The translations under genes were made by a program, and so were the position numbers. Below are positions 14,180 through 23,954 of a stretch of 41,783 nucleotides of DNA, piece after piece. This DNA comes from a virus (taxonomy: Duplodnaviria > Caudoviricetes). Under the pieces are notes generated by a model. It was given only the letters and a program-made list of their open reading frames with translations. It did not search any database and was not told where the DNA came from. The DNA is taken from positions 1-41,783 of IMG/VR virus record IMGVR_UViG_3300046805_000112. The stretch is one strand, 5' to 3'. Numbering within the stretch: the stretch's first letter is position 1; the number at the start of each line of letters is the position of its first letter.

Positions 14180-16441
14180 TTAATGAAAATCAGTCCAACC
14201 AGTACCAACATATCCCTGGAATTTACTTGTAGAAGAATTATAGATTATTGCACCATTAGTAACATAAGTTGGAGTAATTGCGTTTCTTTGAGTTGTTGTT
14301 AATGATGGTGGATAGAATACACCTCTCAATGATGCCGAAATACTTGCAAGTCTCATATCCAATGAACTAATTGGTGCTAAGGAACCAATACCAATTAATC
14401 CGTATCCACTTGTTATTATATCAGCATCTTCAATTCTAATTCCACCACCACCTATGATTTGAAGAGACCCTGTTGGATAATCTGGGTCAACGATAAATCC
14501 AGATGAATCTGTTGGAGTTATAGCAACAGTTCCACCCAGTAAAGTGTTACCAACAACATGTACAGAGGCTCCAGTGCTGTCCAAAATAGCAGTAGATGGT
14601 GTTCCAACTCCAATTTTACCAATAAGTTCAGATTTGCCCCTAGCATCAATCTCAACAATTGGGGCAGCAGTACCAATACCAATTGAAGATGCAGCAGAAA
14701 TTAATACATTCGCTAAAGTAGAAACTCCAGTAGTTACATTTAAATTGATATTGGAAAGAACGCTATTTGTAAGTCCTCCAAGAACAGTTCTATTTGCACC
14801 AGATACAAGAGTTATTGTTCCTTTAGTTTCAAAATTTCCACCAACATAGGAGTTAGTTGTAACTGTGGATGTTCCAACTACGTGTAAAGTATTACTTGGA
14901 TTTGTAATACCTATACCAAAATTACCAGTATATGTTAAAGATGCTAATTCAGTATTAGTTTGACCATATACCCAGGCAAACCTACCAGTTCCTACACCAG
15001 ATGAACCACCGTGTAGAATGGTATTGATATTTCCAGTATCATTATTGATGATATCAAAAGTCTTATTGGAATTTCCAAATCTTAAGAGTGCAGTACTATT
15101 TCCAACTCCAGTAACCTGCCCAATACTAATTCTAGATTGTCCAGAATCGGCAATAACTTCTAATAGAGAACCAGAAGTCTTTCTAATTTGAATTTCTGAC
15201 GATGGGAGCGCAGTTCCTACACCAATTCTTCCTGCATCTAGTGCGGCAAATGCGGTTCCACCAGTTCCAACATGTAGAGTTTTTGCTACTGTAGTAATAC
15301 CAGATGGTGCTGCCGTAACTTCAATGGTATCCACAACAAGTTTTGTTGCAGATACAATTCCTACAGTAATATTTGGAGTTCCCGTTAGACTTTGTGCAGT
15401 ACTTGCTGTTCCAACTAGATTGCCTGTTACATTTCCAGTTACATTTCCCGTTACGTTTCCAGTTACATTACCTGTTACGTTTCCTGTTACATTACCAGTA
15501 ACAGTTCCAATAAATCCACCAGTTGCCGTAGCAATACCAGTAATACTAATTGAATCGGCAAATAATGTTCCAGTTAAAGTAGCACCAATAGCAATGGTTT
15601 CAATCTTTTTAGATCCACCATAATAAAGTTTTACTGAACCTGCAGCTCCATTATTAAATACTGCAGAAGTATTCAGTGTGCTTCCAATAGAAACAGAATT
15701 CGCATATCCTGCATTAATAGCAATATCCGCACCACCAGTAACACTAATAGTATTGATACCAGTAACACTAATATTATTACTAGCAGTTAGTGCTAGATTA
15801 TTAGAAGCCGAAATAATACCAGAATTTGATGTTGAATTATAGAATACTTGTAGATCTGCATCATCACCAAAATAAACTACATCATTATCACCAAAGTATG
15901 CCGAACTTTGGAACGTAGCAACTCCACTCACATTTATTTGTGATATGAAAAGTTGAGATGCAGTAATAATTCCAGTTACTTTAATGTCACCAGTTGAATT
16001 AAATCCAACACCATAATTGGTATTGGGATTTCCACCAACTTGGAAAGTATAATATGGATATACCGTCGCAACTCCAACATTACCAGCTGCATAAATGCTT
16101 GTATAACCAAATCCAGAATCAACGTCTATCCATTGTGAGGTTGGTAAGTTGATAAGTTTTCCGCCATCACCATAATAAGTTACAATTCCTGTTGATGAGG
16201 TTATAACTCCAGATCTTATAGTAGCAGTTCCATCAGTTAGTGCCGTAAAGGTTCCAATTCCGTTTATACTTAAATATTTCGCAATAATTTGATTACTAAC
16301 CTTTGCATTTCCATAAACATCTAGAAATTCGGTTGGAACTGTGGTCCCAATTCCAACCAAACCATTTGCATTTACAATAAAATTGTCATTATCAACTTGA
16401 ACTCCATTCCTGAAATTAAATGACTTATTATAATTTGCCAT
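14180..16441 (-). CDS. Virion structural/tail-fibre-like protein
   Basis: Gly/Thr/Ser-rich, repeated VGIGT motifs, (GNVT)n tract; late-promoter motif ATAAATA at 16462-16468. Confidence 0.75.
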   Translation of the reverse strand: MANYNKSFNFRNGVQVDNDNFIVNANGLVGIGTTVPTEFLDVYGNAKVSNQIIAKYLSINGIGTFTALTDGTATIRSGVITSSTGIVTYYGDGGKLINLPTSQWIDVDSGFGYTSIYAAGNVGVATVYPYYTFQVGGNPNTNYGVGFNSTGDIKVTGIITASQLFISQINVSGVATFQSSAYFGDNDVVYFGDDADLQVFYNSTSNSGIISASNNLALTASNNISVTGINTISVTGGADIAINAGYANSVSIGSTLNTSAVFNNGAAGSVKLYYGGSKKIETIAIGATLTGTLFADSISITGIATATGGFIGTVTGNVTGNVTGNVTGNVTGNVTGNVTGNLVGTASTAQSLTGTPNITVGIVSATKLVVDTIEVTAAPSGITTVAKTLHVGTGGTAFAALDAGRIGVGTALPSSEIQIRKTSGSLLEVIADSGQSRISIGQVTGVGNSTALLRFGNSNKTFDIINNDTGNINTILHGGSSGVGTGRFAWVYGQTNTELASLTYTGNFGIGITNPSNTLHVVGTSTVTTNSYVGGNFETKGTITLVSGANRTVLGGLTNSVLSNINLNVTTGVSTLANVLISAASSIGIGTAAPIVEIDARGKSELIGKIGVGTPSTAILDSTGASVHVVGNTLLGGTVAITPTDSSGFIVDPDYPTGSLQIIGGGGIRIEDADIITSGYGLIGIGSLAPISSLDMRLASISASLRGVFYPPSLTTTQRNAITPTYVTNGAIIYNSSTSKFQGYVGTGWTDFH
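15418..15505 (-). repeat. 12-bp degenerate tandem repeat encoding (GNVT)x6-7
   Basis: Repeated ttacatttccag/ttacgtttccag units. Confidence 0.85.
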
Positions 16442-16460
16442 CTTTTGAGTCTATTTTTAG

Positions 16461-19400
16461 TTATTTATCGTTCAGTTTTTGTTGAAGTTCGTCAACTTTT
16501 CCTGATAGTTCTTTAACTGCCTCAATAAGGAGTGGAATAATCTTATCATAATGAACAGCAAGATAACCATTATCTCTGGTTGTGACTACTTCTGGAAGAA
16601 CTTCTAGAACTTCCTGTGCGATCACACCTGCCTCTGTTCCTTCCTTACCAGATTTCTCATTCCAATCAAATGTATTACCACTGATTGAAAGTACCTTATC
16701 AAGAGCATTAGGAATTGGGGTGATATTATTCTTCAATCTTTGGTCAGAAGTATAGAATGCCGTGATATCACCAGTTACGGTTAATTCACCAGAAATTGCT
16801 ACACCAGTAGTAGTTGTTTGTAGTATATTTGTATTATTATAATAAAGATTTACTGCTCCATCGGCAGTAGCAACAATCATATCTTCACCAGTATATTTCT
16901 GAATATTAACAGTACCATTTCCACGAATGTATAATGCACCAGTTCCAGTATCATCAATAAATGAGTTAGATCCATTATGATAAATTTGTAGATCATTACT
17001 ATCACCTAGATTTAGTGTATCATTATCACCAAGATAGACATTACTCTGGAAAGTAGTATTACCAGAAACAACTAATATATCATCAATTGTTGTTGTACCA
17101 CCAGCAGAATCAATCGTTAGATTACCAGTAGAGGTATCAATTTCATTATCACCAGCAATACCGATTCTTATATTATCAATCGTTGCTCCACCATTCACAC
17201 CTAGTAGACCAGTGAATGTGCTAGTACCACCAACATTTAAGTTCTTCTCAATACCAACACCACCTTCAACAATCAGTGCTCCAGTATCTTTGGTTGTTGA
17301 TTGAGTTGTTCCATTAATAATGGTATCACCACCAACATTGAGTCTCTTTTCAATACCAACACCACCTTCAACAACTAGAACACCAGTATCTTTAGATGTA
17401 GATTCTGTAGTTCCAACAAGTTTAGTATCTCCACCAACATTGAGTCTTCTTTCAATACCAACACCACCAGTTACTGTAAGTGCTCCAGTTACATAACTTG
17501 TTGATTCTGTTGTATTAGTAACCCTGAGTTGTGCAGTAACATTTGTCGTATCATTAATCTTAACTTCCTTGTTAAATGTAACAGGTCCATTAAACTGTGA
17601 AAGGACCGTACTAGAGTTTCCACCTTCAACAACAAGTCTTTCTTTAATTGTAACTTCATCAAATACAACGCTCAAACGATTTGGATCTTCTCCAGTAATT
17701 GTTGGTTTTGGAATATCATAGGATACAATCTGTCCACTTGAAGCAGAAGTTTTAGTATTTCCATTGAATTGATCGCCTTTGTTGTTCATACCAGTATAAA
17801 CAACAACACCACCAGATCTTTCTTGTGACTGAACGAGGAATTCTTCTCTTTCGGTTAGAGTTGTAACTTGAATTTGTGGTAGACCAGTTGAATAGTTACC
17901 AGGACCATATCCAAGATATTCAAAAGTATGTCCCGATGCTCTAACAATAGAAGGTCTTCTAAACTCAATAGAAATTGGTTTAATCTTTTTAATTAATGAC
18001 CCATTATCATGAGATTCTTGTCTTGTCGCAAGAGCACCACGAATGACTGTAAGTTCATCATTAAAAGTACCACCAAGAGTGCTACTTACAACTCTCATAA
18101 TTTCTTCATCAATTTGGATATAAGATCCAAGTGGGAATCTCTTCACAATTCCAGCAGCACTAATAGGACTTGAAACTCTAATTTGAGTGGTGCTGGTGAA
18201 TGAAACAACTGTTAAATGCTCTTCATCAAAAAATGGAACGGATCTTATTCCCAAGTTTTCTATCGAAGAATCAGAGACTCCACTATTTGCCGATAGTCCG
18301 TGCTTGAGAATATGTCCACTAGATGCAGATAGTGTTTTATTTGTAATTGCAGTGAAGGTGTTAATTCCAACTCTTGCATTTACAATGTAGTCTCCAAGAT
18401 TATTATTGGTGGAATTAATAACTCTGAATCTATTTCCTGCAACCAATCCGTGAGGAGAAGAGCAGATGAATGTGGTAATTCCTGAGGTAGAATCAACAGC
18501 AGTATTAGAGGAAACTCTAACAGAAGGTCCAACTACAAGTGCATATTGGTCTGTAATAACATCTGGATCTCCTGCTGTTTTAGCAATCGCAATTTGATTT
18601 TTAGCAGGAACTGATGTGATTCTGTAGTAACCATCAGAGGTTGTACCTGCTCCAGTAAATTGAACAACATTACCAACTGCTGTTGAGATACCAGCAGTAA
18701 CAATATTAAATCTAGCGGCACCATTACCAGTACCGACTACAGAAGAATCAAAGTATAATGCACCAGCAGAATAACCAGAACCAGAGGAAACAATATCTGC
18801 CGAAAGTATTGCTCCACCAGATACAACAACCTTTGCAGTTGCACCCTGCCAGGTCCCAGTTTGAGAACCATTTAGAATTTTGACATTCTGATATGTACCA
18901 TTAGTATAAGTAGCGCCAGCAGTTAGAGTGCTGTAGGTTACAATACCAGAAAGTCCGTGCTCTCTAGCAAAGGTGATTGTCGCACTTGACGTGGAACTAG
19001 AGACAGAAGATACATCAAGACCAACACCCATAGATGTAAGCAGAGTGTCAGTTGATTCTTTTGTAATACTCCTCTTAAGATCATTTGTTACAACTTCACC
19101 AAGAGGAAATCTCTTTGCAAATGACTTAGCAGAGGTTGGATTGTCGTTAATATTATCTCTATCCAACTGTGGATACAGATTAACAACGTTTTGACTATAT
19201 TTCAGATTTGTAAATTCTGTTGGAATTGCACTGTTAGCACTTAAAGTATAGATGTAGTAAACACCATCTTGAATACCTTCAATATATTCAGAGATTACTT
19301 CATTTCTATAAACATAAAGATTGGATTGTAAATCATTTCTTTCAAATCTTGGAAGTGAAGTTGTTCTAGTAGCAGTATTATTCGTAAATGTGGTTCCAGG

Positions 19401-22094
19401 AGTTGTAGTTGTTGTATATGTAAAGGTCATATCATCAACAACAGATGCAACTGTAAAGGTTCCGTTGTAACCAAGATTATCAGCACCAGTAGTATTAGTA
19501 CTGTCTGTTACATTCTTAATAAGAACAGTATCTCCGACTTGGAGATTATGTGGAAGTTCCGAAATAATTGTTACTGTAGAAGAAGCTCTACTACATTTTG
19601 CAATGAAACTTAGATTTTTATTATAATCATAGTCTGATGATGTAAGAGTAGAAAGATTGAAGTCAGTATCACTACGAACACCAGTTGTGCTAGATTGTTG
19701 AATAATGAATCCGTTTTCTGGATTTTTTCCATTTGGTAATTCTTTTGGAATTACAACTCTTACTTTATAAAGTTTCTCATCCAAACTTCTGGTATCTGCA
19801 ATCCTTTTAGTATAAGAAGGTTCGGTTCTTACAGTTAATTCAGAAACGCCAAAAGTATTCAATGCAGTATAGATTGCACTACCAGAATTTGTATTGATAT
19901 ACCACTGATTATTTGTAGAATCATATTGTACGGGACTTCCAATATCTCCAGCAATCTTATCAGATACTCTACTTAAAATCTTAAGATTGGTTCCGCCATA
20001 AACAGTAATCGCAGTACCAGTCGTTGCATTGGATGCAGAAGATGCTAACTTAATTTGAGTAGATGAAACTCTAATTGCATAGTAGATAGTATTTTCTACA
20101 ATATTTTCTGGTAGGTCGCCATCATTACTCAAAATGATAACCTTTTCACCAGTTTGAATTGTGTGAGTGGGAAGTGTGAAAATATTTGAAGCTGGTGCAG
20201 ATGCCGAATATTCTTTTACACTACTCGTAACACCATCCGACATTAAAATATTTGCCGAATATTCATCTCCGTGGGCAGTGAAGTATAACTTATCACTTAC
20301 TTGTGCTCCGATTCTATATCCTTGTGTAAGAATTGGTGGAACATCATCTTCAGAAGTAAATCCAAAGAGATATAATCGTGAATTATTCGCAATAGAAGTT
20401 GTGACACCAACATCCAATGAAATCCAATCAATCTTATTTTCTTCTGCTACAATTGCTCTTGGAGCAATGATAGAAGTAATGAAGGCTTTGTTGTCCTTAT
20501 CAAATGCATCTTTCTTAAATCCAGTAGCATTAATTGAAATCTGTCCAAAGTTTGAGTTTGAGTTTGTAATACTCAAGTCTCCACCTGATTCAGAATCAAA
20601 GTGCTTATTAAATCCAATCGCAAAGACGGATACAATTTGAATAAATGAGTCATTAGTTGCCTTAATATGACTTGGTTCCCATCCTCTTCTATAAATTGAT
20701 AGTGGGTCTAAATGATAGACTGTACCAAGAGAAGAAGATTGTGATGATAAGGTAGCACCTGCAACTTTAGATATAGCAATATTATCAGAATAATTTCTAT
20801 TTGTTTCATTATATTTTACAAATGCACGGTCATCTTTCTGTAGAGAAACACCCGTGAATTGTGCGACAACCATCGAACGGAAACCTGATGCCTTGCTACC
20901 ATCAGCAAGCATTCCATTCATACCATAAACGGAACGTAATGAGATGTTAAAGATATATGGTGATGCACCAGATACAGTATCAGTCTCAATAACTACAGTC
21001 GCGCCAGATGCACTTCCTGGTGTGATTAGATTGGGTGGAAAACTTGAAAGTACGTATGTAAATACTGTTGGGTCAGTAAAACTAATACTTTGAACTGTTG
21101 TTGAGATATTATAAGTTGATGGTGAAACTCCCCTAATCTTAATTGGAGTTCCTTCTGTAAGTTGATGAGGTACTGCAGTTCTAACAGTAACTTGATTATT
21201 CGCAGTTCCACCAGAACCAGATTCAATAGTAGAAATAGCAATAGGATCTGACGCAAATGCTCCAACAATTTCCCATTCAGGTCTTTGCTTCTCAAACCCA
21301 AGAGGAGATGCTGGATACTTATCATCAATATCTCTACCAGATGCAAGATTAAATGCATTGGAGAGTTTTGCATAATACATATCCAAGTCAGTGAGTGGAT
21401 ATGAACTTACTTTGTTTACACCATCTGCATACTCAAAACAGGTGAGTTTGTGGTGAGAGAATGTTGCTTCTGATTGATTATTAACAGAGAAATCTACTGG
21501 GTCAGTGTAGACTAATCCAGTACCATCAAAGAAACAGAACTGCCAAAAGTAGCAGGCACCAGTAATTCTAAAGATTGCCGAGTTAGCAACATTAGAATCT
21601 GTTGGGTTAGGAACATACTTTGGACGCAGTTTGGTTTTTCTTAAGTCAAGACCAATAATAGAAGTACCTCTGGGTACAACAACACCACCATTAACACTGT
21701 TAAACTTATAGAGAATATTATCTTCTTGTGTTAGATCAAAATTTGAATCAAGTGTGAGTGATAATGTATCTCCAGCTGTTGTTACGGTTCCACTAGGTGA
21801 TACTGCTTTTGCTACTCCAGCATCATCATAAACGGCATAACCAGGTCTATTATCAATTGGGTGTTGACCAGGCATCAAGAGAATCGTAGTCTTCTCTACA
21901 TCATCATTACTATTTCCTTTCTGATATGAGAATCGTGCTGCTTCTAAAAGTGCTCTTTGTAGAGTTTTAAAAGGTTGTGCAAGTGAGTTACCTTGATTAC
22001 TGATGCTATCCGTGGAATCAAGGTCACTTGGACTTACATAAAGAATACGACCTTCTGTATTCTTAATGAAATTATCAAGTTTATTTAATGGCAT
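16461..22094 (-). CDS. Large tail fibre/tailspike with a C-terminal peptidase S74 intramolecular chaperone
   Basis: 1877 aa; C-terminal SDQRLKNNI...GVIAQEV...VHYDKIIPLLIEAVKEL; three GAL.VEGGVGIE..LNVGG repeats; late-promoter motif at 22124-22130. Confidence 0.85.
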   Translation of the reverse strand: MPLNKLDNFIKNTEGRILYVSPSDLDSTDSISNQGNSLAQPFKTLQRALLEAARFSYQKGNSNDDVEKTTILLMPGQHPIDNRPGYAVYDDAGVAKAVSPSGTVTTAGDTLSLTLDSNFDLTQEDNILYKFNSVNGGVVVPRGTSIIGLDLRKTKLRPKYVPNPTDSNVANSAIFRITGACYFWQFCFFDGTGLVYTDPVDFSVNNQSEATFSHHKLTCFEYADGVNKVSSYPLTDLDMYYAKLSNAFNLASGRDIDDKYPASPLGFEKQRPEWEIVGAFASDPIAISTIESGSGGTANNQVTVRTAVPHQLTEGTPIKIRGVSPSTYNISTTVQSISFTDPTVFTYVLSSFPPNLITPGSASGATVVIETDTVSGASPYIFNISLRSVYGMNGMLADGSKASGFRSMVVAQFTGVSLQKDDRAFVKYNETNRNYSDNIAISKVAGATLSSQSSSLGTVYHLDPLSIYRRGWEPSHIKATNDSFIQIVSVFAIGFNKHFDSESGGDLSITNSNSNFGQISINATGFKKDAFDKDNKAFITSIIAPRAIVAEENKIDWISLDVGVTTSIANNSRLYLFGFTSEDDVPPILTQGYRIGAQVSDKLYFTAHGDEYSANILMSDGVTSSVKEYSASAPASNIFTLPTHTIQTGEKVIILSNDGDLPENIVENTIYYAIRVSSTQIKLASSASNATTGTAITVYGGTNLKILSRVSDKIAGDIGSPVQYDSTNNQWYINTNSGSAIYTALNTFGVSELTVRTEPSYTKRIADTRSLDEKLYKVRVVIPKELPNGKNPENGFIIQQSSTTGVRSDTDFNLSTLTSSDYDYNKNLSFIAKCSRASSTVTIISELPHNLQVGDTVLIKNVTDSTNTTGADNLGYNGTFTVASVVDDMTFTYTTTTTPGTTFTNNTATRTTSLPRFERNDLQSNLYVYRNEVISEYIEGIQDGVYYIYTLSANSAIPTEFTNLKYSQNVVNLYPQLDRDNINDNPTSAKSFAKRFPLGEVVTNDLKRSITKESTDTLLTSMGVGLDVSSVSSSTSSATITFAREHGLSGIVTYSTLTAGATYTNGTYQNVKILNGSQTGTWQGATAKVVVSGGAILSADIVSSGSGYSAGALYFDSSVVGTGNGAARFNIVTAGISTAVGNVVQFTGAGTTSDGYYRITSVPAKNQIAIAKTAGDPDVITDQYALVVGPSVRVSSNTAVDSTSGITTFICSSPHGLVAGNRFRVINSTNNNLGDYIVNARVGINTFTAITNKTLSASSGHILKHGLSANSGVSDSSIENLGIRSVPFFDEEHLTVVSFTSTTQIRVSSPISAAGIVKRFPLGSYIQIDEEIMRVVSSTLGGTFNDELTVIRGALATRQESHDNGSLIKKIKPISIEFRRPSIVRASGHTFEYLGYGPGNYSTGLPQIQVTTLTEREEFLVQSQERSGGVVVYTGMNNKGDQFNGNTKTSASSGQIVSYDIPKPTITGEDPNRLSVVFDEVTIKERLVVEGGNSSTVLSQFNGPVTFNKEVKINDTTNVTAQLRVTNTTESTSYVTGALTVTGGVGIERRLNVGGDTKLVGTTESTSKDTGVLVVEGGVGIEKRLNVGGDTIINGTTQSTTKDTGALIVEGGVGIEKNLNVGGTSTFTGLLGVNGGATIDNIRIGIAGDNEIDTSTGNLTIDSAGGTTTIDDILVVSGNTTFQSNVYLGDNDTLNLGDSNDLQIYHNGSNSFIDDTGTGALYIRGNGTVNIQKYTGEDMIVATADGAVNLYYNNTNILQTTTTGVAISGELTVTGDITAFYTSDQRLKNNITPIPNALDKVLSISGNTFDWNEKSGKEGTEAGVIAQEVLEVLPEVVTTRDNGYLAVHYDKIIPLLIEAVKELSGKVDELQQKLNDK

Positions 22095-22126
22095 CTTTCT
22101 TGCTAATAGACCTTATTATGTTTTAT

Positions 22127-22429
22127 TTATCCCATCAAATCTTCCTCATTAAATTCCATAATGTCCTCTGGTAGGTCTTGTGGATTCTCTAAATCCATCT
22201 CAAATAGTAGTGGATGTGCCTCTTCGTCTATTAGGTAGAAGGAGTTCTTAAATAAATCTTCTGGTTCAAAAGACCTTTGCTTATCTGCTAATCTACAGAG
22301 GTCTTTATCGTACAAATGACCATCAGGTAGTTCATCAAATGTGAATGGGATTTCTGATATAAAATACATCTTAACAATCATCGTGCCATTATTGTACCAA
22401 CAATATGCTTGACTGATTTGATAAGACAT
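22127..22429 (-). CDS. Hypothetical cyanophage protein
   Basis: 100-aa ORF; ATAAATA at 22450-22456. Confidence 0.75.
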   Translation of the reverse strand: MSYQISQAYCWYNNGTMIVKMYFISEIPFTFDELPDGHLYDKDLCRLADKQRSFEPEDLFKNSFYLIDEEAHPLLFEMDLENPQDLPEDIMEFNEEDLMG

Positions 22430-22460
22430 TTGAGTATTTCAATATCTTATATTTATTTTA

Positions 22461-22533
22461 TAGGCGTGAGTGGATTCGAACCACCGCTGGAAACATTTTA
22501 AGTGTTCTGTCTCTTCCGCTGGACTACACGCCC
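22461..22533 (-). tRNA. trnL: tRNA-Leu(UAA), short variable loop
   Basis: Cloverleaf GGGCGTG/CACGCCT; anticodon arm GAACA-CTTAAAA-TGTTT; T-loop TTCGAAT. Confidence 0.85.
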
Positions 22534-22565
22534 GTGTATGAGACCATTATAGCACAATGGTCAAG

Positions 22566-22638
22566 TGCTCCTTGTCGGGATCGAACCGACCTTAGCCGAA
22601 TTATGAGTTCGGTGCTTTTGCCAGAGAGCTAAAGGAGC
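22566..22638 (-). tRNA. tRNA with CAU anticodon, probably Ile2 (lysidine), alternatively elongator Met
   Basis: GCTCCTT/AAGGAGC acceptor; CCGAA-CTCATAA-TTCGG; T-loop TTCGATC. Confidence 0.85.
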
Positions 22639-22667
22639 ATTCGCTATTCGCAAATACCGAATAGCAA

Positions 22668-22740
22668 TAGGAATACTGGGAATTGAACCCAGACTAACCC
22701 GTTATAAGCAGGCCGCTCTGACCAGTTAAGCTATATTCCC
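22668..22740 (-). tRNA. trnI: tRNA-Ile(UAU)
   Basis: GGGAATA/TATTCCT acceptor; GCCTG-CTTATAA-CGGGT; T-loop TTCAATT. Confidence 0.85.
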
Positions 22741-22746
22741 AAGAAA

Positions 22747-22929
22747 TTACGAACCTTCTTCGTGATCCGTGTGTATTCGGATCAGGTCGTCAACTTCTTT
22801 ATACTCACCATAAGGAATCATCATAGCATTTCCATATTCGCTGGTGATAATAAAAGACTCTCCCTTCTCCACTCTTTCTAGTAGATTATCAAAGTCTGCT
22901 TGAAATTCTTCTACTGTAAACTTTTCCAT
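22747..22929 (-). CDS. Phd/YefM antitoxin-like protein
   Basis: MEKFTVEEFQADFDNLLERVEKGESFIIT..GNAMMIPY follows the Phd/YefM N-terminal pattern. Confidence 0.6.
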   Translation of the reverse strand: MEKFTVEEFQADFDNLLERVEKGESFIITSEYGNAMMIPYGEYKEVDDLIRIHTDHEEGS

Positions 22930-22932
22930 TCG

Positions 22933-23124
22933 TCAAAGAGGATCAGTATAGGCAAGGCAATCTTCACTTACCTGACTGCGAACTACTTCCAGTACACTCA
23001 TAAACTGGTCAATGGATTCACATTCTACGAGTTTCTCTGCACCTTCACTAGAATATAGGTAGAACTTACGTGCAAGAGTATCGACAACGCAACGGGACAG
23101 AAACTCTTGAGTGTCGGAAGGCAT
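22933..23124 (-). CDS. Hypothetical cyanophage protein
   Basis: 63-aa ORF downstream of a sigma70 promoter. Confidence 0.75.
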   Translation of the reverse strand: MPSDTQEFLSRCVVDTLARKFYLYSSEGAEKLVECESIDQFMSVLEVVRSQVSEDCLAYTDPL

Positions 23125-23149
23125 TTGGTCTTGTGTTGATTACCCTCAT

Positions 23150-23178
23150 ATTATAGGGCATCTGACGCCTGCCGTCAA
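23150..23178 (-). promoter_or_regulatory. Sigma70-like promoter for two small genes and the tRNA cluster
   Basis: TTGACG-N17-TATAAT. Confidence 0.8.
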
Positions 23179-23927
23179 GGGGTTCTGCCGTAATCGTATC
23201 CAGAAATCGAAAACTGATCTTTGCTGCCTGGGTAGTCTGCTGGAGTTTGCCCCTCATATTCAACAATTAAAGGTTCCCCATCATTTCTAGCGGCATTGAT
23301 TACATAATAGCAATCAATATTACTAGCATTTCCAGATTTAATTTTAATACCCTGTTCTAATTCAATTTTTTCTACAATTAAATCTTGACTGTATCCAATT
23401 TGAGTGAGCATAACAGTAATGCTACTTGGATCAATCAGACCTTTCCAATATTCAGGAAGTTTAATTACATTTGATTTTGTAAGTCTTCCACGAATATAAA
23501 CACCACCTTCTGGACCTTCTAGACAGATATGTCGGAGACGATGATTTGATTTGTTTGGGTGTGTGATATCAAATCCTTTCCAAGATTGAACATTAATAGT
23601 GCCTTGAAAATTTCCATATGCAGTTCCACCAATATTAATATCTTGATCTACATTTATACTGCCCGTAATATTAGCATCGCCATTACTGCCTGAGTTAGTT
23701 CCAAGTATATTAATATCACCTTCTATGTTTACATCTTGCTCTACATTTACATCTTTTTTAACATTCACATTACCATCAGTATTAATATCAGGCGTAAATG
23801 GTTCTTCATCATTCTTAATTACATTCAAATTCCCATACAAATTTGAGGTATTAAAAACTTCCTGCCCATTCCACAATGTGGGTGGTTTGTTGAAGTGTGT
23901 TTTATTTCCTATGTACTTTTCAGGCAT
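23175..23927 (-). CDS. Structural protein of the gp5 locus (beta-helix-like, chaperone-like C-terminus)
   Basis: Repeated DVNV/DINI; FDITHP...RLRHICLEGPEGGVYIRG. Confidence 0.6.
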   Translation of the reverse strand: MPEKYIGNKTHFNKPPTLWNGQEVFNTSNLYGNLNVIKNDEEPFTPDINTDGNVNVKKDVNVEQDVNIEGDINILGTNSGSNGDANITGSINVDQDINIGGTAYGNFQGTINVQSWKGFDITHPNKSNHRLRHICLEGPEGGVYIRGRLTKSNVIKLPEYWKGLIDPSSITVMLTQIGYSQDLIVEKIELEQGIKIKSGNASNIDCYYVINAARNDGEPLIVEYEGQTPADYPGSKDQFSISGYDYGRTP

Positions 23928-23954
23928 AATTTTATTTTAATTAATCTAACGTAT

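Noticed and set aside
15418-15505. (GNVT)n repeat as a DGR or phase-variation locus
   Set aside because: In-frame degenerate coding repeat typical of fibre proteins; no reverse transcriptase or template/variable repeat pair seen
17230-17510. Three approximately 99-bp repeats in the large fibre gene
   Set aside because: Ordinary structural repeats of tail-fibre shafts
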